Positions 56,834 through 63,696 of a stretch of DNA of 64,000 bases are shown here, in pieces; the first letter of the stretch is position 1; each line of letters opens with the position of its first letter. The position numbers were made by a program, and so were the translations under genes. The stretch lies in IMG/VR virus record IMGVR_UViG_3300045988_156211. One strand, written 5' to 3'. This DNA is from a virus. The notes under the pieces were generated by a model. That model did no database searches and was not told the DNA's origin. It was given only the letters and a program-made list of their open reading frames with translations.

Positions 56834-57673
56834 TTAGAAATTACATCCATTTCCACATCCATTGTTGCATCCACATCCGCAACCATTGTTATTACGCTGC
56901 TGATACAGCAGGTTAGCAAATGCCTCTGTCTGTTCTTTCTGTGAAAGCTTGAACTTCAAATCCTGGATCTGATTAAGCTGTTCATCTCTCCAGTGAGAAT
57001 TGATCATGTCCTTGAGACCCTGGTTACCCATTTCAATGGCCTTCAGGATTTCACATTTGTCCTGACCTTGCTGGTATCCAAGCTGAGAGAATCCTCTCTC
57101 CATACCAGTGTTGGTACGGTCAAAACCGAACTGCATGTTGTTGATTATATCCTTCTGTCCAAGCTGATTCTCATAGCCCATTTTAATGATAGCCTGCTGT
57201 GTCTGGCAGCAGCAGTCCTTAATAGCTGTAAGGATACCCGTATTTCCAAGGTTAACAGCATTGATTACACGTTCAGATGTCAAACCAACCCGACCAGATA
57301 CTTTATCAATACCTGCACGGACATCACAGATAGCTCCCTGCAATGAATTGAAGTCACAGTTAAGGTTTGAAGCCAACTGATTGATAGCAGCAGCATTACC
57401 TTTTACGGCGTCCATAATCAGATTGCTGTTCTGGTTGTCCTGCATCTGAGTGCGGAGTGCCTGCAACTGATTCTGAACTTCGATGTTCTGCTGACCCTGA
57501 CCATTTGCATCCCAGCCATTTCCGAAGAAACGATTAGCAAACATAAGCCATACGAGATAAACGAATGGGTTGTTCCATTCCTGGTTTGAACCATTTCTCA
57601 TGAGAGCGGCTGCAGTAAGCATATCATTACCACGGTCACCACAACATACTACTCTATCTACGTCCATATCCAT
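56834..57673 (-). CDS. Gln/Asn-rich, Cys-rich protein (279 aa), GC-rich island gene 2
   Basis: The N-terminus contains VVCCGDRGND, followed by the hydrophobic segment PFVYLVWLMFANRFFG, an internal CCC, and the C-terminal tail NNGCGCGCNNGCGNGCNF. Sampled lines give 43-50% G+C. Confidence 0.65.
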   Translation of the reverse strand: MDMDVDRVVCCGDRGNDMLTAAALMRNGSNQEWNNPFVYLVWLMFANRFFGNGWDANGQGQQNIEVQNQLQALRTQMQDNQNSNLIMDAVKGNAAAINQLASNLNCDFNSLQGAICDVRAGIDKVSGRVGLTSERVINAVNLGNTGILTAIKDCCCQTQQAIIKMGYENQLGQKDIINNMQFGFDRTNTGMERGFSQLGYQQGQDKCEILKAIEMGNQGLKDMINSHWRDEQLNQIQDLKFKLSQKEQTEAFANLLYQQRNNNGCGCGCNNGCGNGCNF

Positions 57674-57768
57674 AAAAATAAAAATTTAAAAGTTAAACAT
57701 TTAGTGAATTAAAATATAATGATCTCTCCGGAGGAAATCAATTTCTAGTTTAAGGGTATTTTAAAAAC

Positions 57769-59112
57769 CTATCTAATCTTACTCTTCAGGGTATTAACTT
57801 CGTTTCTTAACCTCTGTATCTCTAATACCAATAGAGATATATAATCTACTGATTTATATCCATCAGCATCTTCTATAACAAGATTCTTAAGTCCAACCTC
57901 CTCTAAGTCTTGAGCTATGACGCCATAAGATTTGGTTTTGTTTTTGTCGGATATATAGTTAAATTCAAAAAATTTAACCTTTTTAATTTTGTCAGTATCC
58001 TCTACTATTGTAGAGATATTCTCTTTTAGCCTTATATCTGAAGTTTGAGTTACCTTTGTTGCAGTAACTTGACCATTTGAAAGTGATACTTCATTGATCT
58101 TTAATACTCCTGAAGAAGATTCAATTATACGGGATGTATAGTCTGCAGAAGATTTATTATAATGGAAGTCAATAAATGGTGTTGCATGATATATTTCAAT
58201 ACCTTCACCCATTAATTCCAAAGGAGCATTGTTTATTCTAAAACCACCGTTAAAGGCTACTGCTCCAGTAACAGTACCACCACTCAATGGTAAATATGTC
58301 TTTCTATTGTGAGCAGAATACAAACTACTTAATTGACTTGCTTGAGTTTTTGTCATATAGCCATTTCTTGAAGAAGTGGCATCAAGCATAGTGACTTGAA
58401 TAGTTTCTACATACCCGGGATCACCAGTAGGATCATCATAGTTATGATACATTGCTACCAAAGGAGAACCGAATAAGAATCCTACCTTATTATTTTCTAC
58501 TCCTATATCATGACTTAAGGTGTTGTTAGGAGAAGTTACAGATGAAGATTTGTTGAAGTATACCTTCTTAACTATACTCTTATCACCAACTAAATTATCC
58601 AGATTTTTCTTATCCTCAGCAGACATGGCACCTGCATTGGAAGTAGTGGCATTAGGAATAACTACTTGTTCTGATGTACATTGAGAAGTATTATAATTAT
58701 TTCTAATTAAGTCTAGCCTTAAATCACCATTATATTGATTTGGCATGACCCCCAATACTGGGATATAATTTGATGTTCTAGTTCCATACTGGTCTGACCA
58801 CATCAATTTATATTTATCAAATAATGATTTATCTGAAGTAGACATCAATCCATCTTGTGAACTACTGGCCAAACCTAAATCAGTTATATCAGATTTACTA
58901 TGAGTATGATCAGCATCTGCTTTCTCATTTAATTTACTCTGTAAACTGCTTATATCAGATTTAGTAGCATAGTTAGACAGATCTTGCTTACTACCATATT
59001 TTACACCCTTAAAGAGGATTACACCTGTATCCTTAGCAAAGTATAAACCTCCTGAATGAGAAGAAGAGCTATAAGAGCCCTCCTTCCCCTCAAAGAATTT
59101 TAACAAAGCCAT
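57769..59112 (-). CDS. tail fibre/spike with C-terminal intramolecular-chaperone (peptidase S74) domain
   Basis: The C-terminus SDIRLKENI...YGVIAQDLEEV...VDYISLLVLEIQRLRNEVNTLK matches the auto-cleaving chaperone domain. It also carries G(L/A)MS..DK..LD fibre repeats. Confidence 0.8.
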   Translation of the reverse strand: MALLKFFEGKEGSYSSSSHSGGLYFAKDTGVILFKGVKYGSKQDLSNYATKSDISSLQSKLNEKADADHTHSKSDITDLGLASSSQDGLMSTSDKSLFDKYKLMWSDQYGTRTSNYIPVLGVMPNQYNGDLRLDLIRNNYNTSQCTSEQVVIPNATTSNAGAMSAEDKKNLDNLVGDKSIVKKVYFNKSSSVTSPNNTLSHDIGVENNKVGFLFGSPLVAMYHNYDDPTGDPGYVETIQVTMLDATSSRNGYMTKTQASQLSSLYSAHNRKTYLPLSGGTVTGAVAFNGGFRINNAPLELMGEGIEIYHATPFIDFHYNKSSADYTSRIIESSSGVLKINEVSLSNGQVTATKVTQTSDIRLKENISTIVEDTDKIKKVKFFEFNYISDKNKTKSYGVIAQDLEEVGLKNLVIEDADGYKSVDYISLLVLEIQRLRNEVNTLKSKIR

Positions 59113-59113
59113 A

Positions 59114-60637
59114 TTATACTTCTATTAAAGTTAGAGCAGATTCCAAAGCAGCAACTCTTGTCTGAAGTGAGCTGAGATCCGTCTGCTTGGCATATGTAGC
59201 AGTGATCACATTACCACTTGCATCCTGAGTAGCCTTTGTAGCTGATGTTGCAGAAGTAGCATTACCACTAAGATTACCCTTAAAGGTAACAGCTGTAAGA
59301 GTTTTCGTAGATGGGTTATAAGTAATACCGTTACCTTTCTGTACGCCCTTAGTTTCCTGTTCGGTATTACCAGCAGTACCGGCCAACAATACGTTATATT
59401 CACCGTTAGCAACATTTACTGCATTCTGAAGAACATTCTGGTCAGTCCAAGGTACAGAAACATAAGCCTTCTCACTGTTAAGTTTAACGGCATAGTTCTT
59501 ACCATTTTCGGCATATCCGATCTGTATACCTCCTCGAACACCAGAAGCAGCCAATGGCAAAGAATAGTTATTGAGACTTTCTAACTTGGCCTTATCCTCT
59601 TTAGACATAAGACCTGCAGCTGCAGTAGAAGCCAGTGTCAGTGTTACAACTTTATTTGTACCAGAAAGTGTGTGGAAAGTCAATGTAGCATTGTTTGTAC
59701 CTGCAGCCCAGTTAATGTTAGTTCCAAGAGCCTCAGTCTTCTTAGCATAAGTAGCATCAATGTTAAGACCTTCAAGAGCTGATACTTTGCCCTTGAGAGA
59801 AGCAATGTCTGTGGCATTCTGTTTACCCTTAGATCCCTCATAAGCAGTACCACTGGTTTCACCGAGAGCCAAACTAGCTGATATCTCTACTAGAGATTTT
59901 CCATCCCAGCGATATAGGATATTGGTTCTTGAAGAACTACCCGTAGCATCTGTTAGACGGAAGTTGTAGATGGTATCCTCTTTAGGATCTGTACCTCCAT
60001 CCCAACTGTCCTCCAGTCTCTCATAGATTTTCTTGGTATCTATAACATAGTAACGATCACCTTCTGATACACCATCTGATGGTAGATTAGTGCTACTAGC
60101 TACGGCTTTCTCAATACCGAATACTCTAGCCATCTGACCATCAAGCTGAGATACAGGAATTTTGCCACGTTCATCCAAAGTAGCAACACCATTGGCAACT
60201 CCCATCTCACTACGTTTAACCTGAGCATCATTTGTAACATTTGAAAGCCCGACATCTCCTTTTGCCAATGTAGGGTTAGAACTGATTTTCTTACCATTGA
60301 TGGTATACCCATCCACTGTACTCTTTACAGCATTGATAGCCTGCTGCTGAGCAGTAGATACCGGCTTGTTAGCATCAGATGTATTGTCCACATTACCAAG
60401 ACCAACCATTGACTTGTTAAGTGTGATAGTAGTACTCTCAGAACCATCAGTATAAGTGATAGTCATAGTAGTACCACTGATATCTACACTCTTAACTGCC
60501 TTAAAGGACGTAGACATGCCATAGGTTATACCCTGGAATATGATTTCATGTGTATCAGTGGCAAAGTATACACCATACGGATAAGTGTCCTGTACATAAG
60601 AAGATTTCTTACCTACGATAAAATTAATAAGCGCCAT
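59114..60637 (-). CDS. tail fibre protein, second fibre sharing the N-terminal anchor (GC-rich island)
   Basis: The N-terminus MALINFIVGKKSSY..GVYFATDTHEIIFQGITYG parallels MALLKFFEGKEGSY..GLYFAKDTGVILFKGVKYG of the neighbouring fibre. It has an AGLMSKEDKAKLESL repeat. A sampled line gives about 47% G+C. Confidence 0.7.
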   Translation of the reverse strand: MALINFIVGKKSSYVQDTYPYGVYFATDTHEIIFQGITYGMSTSFKAVKSVDISGTTMTITYTDGSESTTITLNKSMVGLGNVDNTSDANKPVSTAQQQAINAVKSTVDGYTINGKKISSNPTLAKGDVGLSNVTNDAQVKRSEMGVANGVATLDERGKIPVSQLDGQMARVFGIEKAVASSTNLPSDGVSEGDRYYVIDTKKIYERLEDSWDGGTDPKEDTIYNFRLTDATGSSSRTNILYRWDGKSLVEISASLALGETSGTAYEGSKGKQNATDIASLKGKVSALEGLNIDATYAKKTEALGTNINWAAGTNNATLTFHTLSGTNKVVTLTLASTAAAGLMSKEDKAKLESLNNYSLPLAASGVRGGIQIGYAENGKNYAVKLNSEKAYVSVPWTDQNVLQNAVNVANGEYNVLLAGTAGNTEQETKGVQKGNGITYNPSTKTLTAVTFKGNLSGNATSATSATKATQDASGNVITATYAKQTDLSSLQTRVAALESALTLIEV

Positions 60638-60664
60638 AAAAATTTAAGTTTTTAAGTTAATAAA

Positions 60665-62773
60665 TTAAATTACGAACTGTATAGTTATTGAACCATATAA
60701 ATCGGTTTTAACCTTTGCTAAGTCACTCTGTATTGCTTCTATAGAACTAGTGTTATTATCTATCTTAGATCCTAACTCTAATTCCATATTAGCATCAGCA
60801 TCTTTACGATCTTGTATCTCCTTTGCTAAAGCTGTATCAATATCGTTAAGCCTACCCTCTATACCAGTTACTTTATCATTGAACCTAGATTGTAGCTCTT
60901 CTCTAGCCTTTACCTCATCATCAAGATCGCTCCTTAGAGTACTAGTAGTATCTTCTAGGGCAGATACTCTTTTTTCTAGATCCTCGGAATCAGTAGTTAA
61001 GCTATCCAAAGTTTCCTTAATAGTATCAACCCTACTCTGTAATCCTTGGATAAGTTCAAGATTATGTTGTATATTAGCAGTATTGGTATTTATCAGATCT
61101 CTCTGTGAATCTATTCTATCACTTAAAGCTTTATCTGCACTGCTAAGTGTAGTATTAATATTATCTATAAGTGTCGTTAGAGATTCTCTAAGAGAATTTA
61201 TTTCAGTAGATATCTTACTATCAAGTTCTTTATCTGCAAATTCTCTAGCAGATTTCTCACCATCGATATTAGATTGTAATTGTTCAACTTGATTATCTAC
61301 CTTGAGATCCAACTCTTCCCTAGATTCTATCTCGGCATTTAACTGCTCGGTTATAGCGGCTAATCTCTTGGTTATAGTAGTAGCAAAGTTTGGATCATCA
61401 CCCAAAGCTTTGGCTATCTCTTCAAGAGTATCAAGTACTTCTGGAGCAGATCCAATGATTTTCTCGATAGCAGCATTTACTTGTTCTTCAGTCTGATAAT
61501 CCATATCATTCTCTAACTGAGACAATTTGGTTATCAGTTTAGCTCCATCTTCTATGTTATTAAGCTTTTCTAATAGCTCATCAGTAAAATCATTTTCTGA
61601 TAAACCCTTACCTGGCTCTTTGTCTACCTTATTACCAAGAGAATCATTGATTGTATCAATCTTTGATTGTACATCTTCCTCATGTTGCTGTAGTCTAGAG
61701 TCAACACTACTTGACAGATCAGATATACTATGCTGTATAGAAGTATCGGCATTTTCTCTAGCTTTAGCTTCAGCTTCAATATCTTTTTGTAAAAGAGCAT
61801 CAGCTTGAGTTCTGTCGTTTACCTCCTGTGTTACTCTCTCGTCTACTTTAGTAATAGTGGTGTTTACTCCAGAAATCTCATCAGTAATACGTTCATTTAA
61901 TGTAGTATCGGCATCTTTACGATTTTGAACTTCCTGTGTTACTAACTGAGAAACTTCGTTAGCCTTAGTATCAGTATAACTCTTAGCTTCCTGTATACTT
62001 AAGGTTAACTCAGATTTATCTTGTATATGAGTTCTGGTTAGTTCATCTATTTTACCGCTAAGAGCATTCTCAGCAGCAGTAGCTCTACTCTCTTCTACTT
62101 CTACCAAAGAATCGGCATAAGACTTAGATTCACTATACCGTTTCTCAATCAAAAGCTTATTATCAGCAATATCTGATTCTAACCCATGGATATCCTCTTG
62201 AATAGTTCCAATAGTAGCCTGTATTTCTGATCGAATGGAATCAGCCTTATTAGATACTTCAGCTATCTTTGCCAAAAGTTGAGTATTGAAACTATCAAGA
62301 TCATTTCTAATGCTGTTCTCAGCAGCAGTAGCTCGTCCTATCTCTGTGTTGAGAGCATTGGTTAAATCGGTGATTTTATTTAGGATAGTAGTAGCAAAGT
62401 TTGGATCATTATTGAGTGCATCAGCTAATTCCTTAAGAGTATCAAGGGCTTCCCCTGATCCATCTATAAGATCATCTATAGCTTTCTCTACATCCTCTTG
62501 TGTTTGAAACTTTAAATCGTTTTCTAGTTGAGATACTTTAGTCACTATGTGAGTAGTACACTCTTCTAGTTTTTGTTTGAGTTCATCAGTAAAATCATTT
62601 TCTGATAAACCCTTACCTGGCTCTTTGTCTACCTTATTTGATATGGAGAGTACGAAATTTAAAAAGTCCCTTAAAGTCCCCTCAAATCCAGCCTCTACAA
62701 AATCATCATAGTAGCCTTGGAGAAGTCTCTCATCTATCTCTTCTCCACTTGAATAGTATTTGCTTACGTACAT
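60665..62773 (-). CDS. long coiled-coil tail fibre protein with internally duplicated module
   Basis: KGLSENDFT and ALDTL.E.A.AL..DPNFATT (phage tail fibre repeat) each occur twice, 335 aa apart. Extensive heptad-like sequence lies between them. Confidence 0.75.
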   Translation of the reverse strand: MYVSKYYSSGEEIDERLLQGYYDDFVEAGFEGTLRDFLNFVLSISNKVDKEPGKGLSENDFTDELKQKLEECTTHIVTKVSQLENDLKFQTQEDVEKAIDDLIDGSGEALDTLKELADALNNDPNFATTILNKITDLTNALNTEIGRATAAENSIRNDLDSFNTQLLAKIAEVSNKADSIRSEIQATIGTIQEDIHGLESDIADNKLLIEKRYSESKSYADSLVEVEESRATAAENALSGKIDELTRTHIQDKSELTLSIQEAKSYTDTKANEVSQLVTQEVQNRKDADTTLNERITDEISGVNTTITKVDERVTQEVNDRTQADALLQKDIEAEAKARENADTSIQHSISDLSSSVDSRLQQHEEDVQSKIDTINDSLGNKVDKEPGKGLSENDFTDELLEKLNNIEDGAKLITKLSQLENDMDYQTEEQVNAAIEKIIGSAPEVLDTLEEIAKALGDDPNFATTITKRLAAITEQLNAEIESREELDLKVDNQVEQLQSNIDGEKSAREFADKELDSKISTEINSLRESLTTLIDNINTTLSSADKALSDRIDSQRDLINTNTANIQHNLELIQGLQSRVDTIKETLDSLTTDSEDLEKRVSALEDTTSTLRSDLDDEVKAREELQSRFNDKVTGIEGRLNDIDTALAKEIQDRKDADANMELELGSKIDNNTSSIEAIQSDLAKVKTDLYGSITIQFVI
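61578..61633 (-). repeat. 56-bp perfect direct repeat, copy B (within the fibre gene)
   Basis: It is identical to 62583..62638 and encodes NKVDKEPGKGLSENDFTD. The offset is 1005 bp, which equals 335 codons. Confidence 0.85.
62583..62638 (-). repeat. 56-bp perfect direct repeat, copy A (within the fibre gene)
   Basis: It is identical to 61578..61633. The flanking sequence is diverged apart from a second 25-nt identity in the DPNFATT region. Confidence 0.85.
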
Positions 62774-62785
62774 AAAATAGGGAAT

Positions 62786-63199
62786 TTAATCTTTAAAACA
62801 AAAAATCTCACTGTTACCGCATCTAAAGTATATACCATCTTGGCTAGCAAAACCATTATGTACATCATCTGGATGTTCAGGATCTGGATCACCAGCATCA
62901 AGAATATCTCCCATAATAATACCATAATCTGGGAGTACGTCTATACGTATTTTAATGATCTGTCCTACTCCTATAACCTGGGTTATTACTCTATCAAAAA
63001 GTGTACCAAAATATTCATGGAATATAGAAGTAAATTTTTGCCCAGATAAACTTTGATGTATAGCTAGGTAATGACTACCGTTATCTCCTATTTCTAGGTG
63101 TAATCCAACATTAGATGAGTTAACCTTTATGAGATTACTGTCATACCAAACTTTACCACTTATGATTACAGGAGTAAATCTTAACTTGATACCTGTCAT
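62786..63199 (-). CDS. hypothetical structural-module protein (137 aa)
   Basis: ATG ORF in the late array. No motif recognised. Confidence 0.5.
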   Translation of the reverse strand: MTGIKLRFTPVIISGKVWYDSNLIKVNSSNVGLHLEIGDNGSHYLAIHQSLSGQKFTSIFHEYFGTLFDRVITQVIGVGQIIKIRIDVLPDYGIIMGDILDAGDPDPEHPDDVHNGFASQDGIYFRCGNSEIFCFKD

Positions 63200-63217
63200 A
63201 ATATGTTCGTTTTAAGT

Positions 63218-63691
63218 TTAAATAAAGGTTACTTCAGTATCCTTATCTCTCTTAAGAATCAACAAAAACACCAAAGCTTTATCTTTAGCTTGAGCTACTT
63301 GAGTATCTCCACATGGCATGTAAGTAATACCATTTATGATAAACCTATCTTGTACCCAGTCAAAATCCCAATAATCATCGGAATTCAAATAATGATTGTC
63401 TAAAAGGTATTTATGAGATACCATTATAGAAAGATTCTCATCATCTAATTGACCTGTAGTTGAAGCTTTGTTTATCGGCCAATTTCTAAAAGCATTGTAA
63501 TAACATAAAGCCTCAATCTGTATATTGTAGTAATGTGGAGTATAGTCCTCTCCATGAGTAAGATACTGGTTTACATGTTTAGCCCATGTTATGGTTTGTC
63601 TACCAGCATCAATATCCAGAAAATTCTGAACTATGCGTTGGTATCTATCCCAAGATTTATTAGATACATACTTATTAGGTAACTTAGTCAT
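63218..63691 (-). CDS. hypothetical structural-module protein (157 aa)
   Basis: The ATG ORF is preceded by AGGAGG with an 8-nt spacer. No motif recognised. Confidence 0.5.
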   Translation of the reverse strand: MTKLPNKYVSNKSWDRYQRIVQNFLDIDAGRQTITWAKHVNQYLTHGEDYTPHYYNIQIEALCYYNAFRNWPINKASTTGQLDDENLSIMVSHKYLLDNHYLNSDDYWDFDWVQDRFIINGITYMPCGDTQVAQAKDKALVFLLILKRDKDTEVTFI

Positions 63692-63696
63692 AACGA

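Noticed and set aside
60750-62507. Several long plus-strand ORFs (60750..61292, 61302..61496, 61527..61808, 62286..62507) lie antisense to the 702-aa fibre gene.
   Set aside because: Their translations are Ser/Leu-rich and low in complexity, which is typical of the antisense of Glu/Asp/Leu-rich coiled-coil coding sequence. The minus-strand ORF is uninterrupted and carries recognisable fibre repeats.
57769-62773. I considered a diversity-generating retroelement or other targeted hypervariation system acting on the fibre genes.
   Set aside because: No reverse transcriptase is recognisable anywhere in the window. The repeated segments in the fibre gene are perfectly identical rather than differing at adenines. 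There is no template/variable repeat pair near a C-terminal lectin-type domain.
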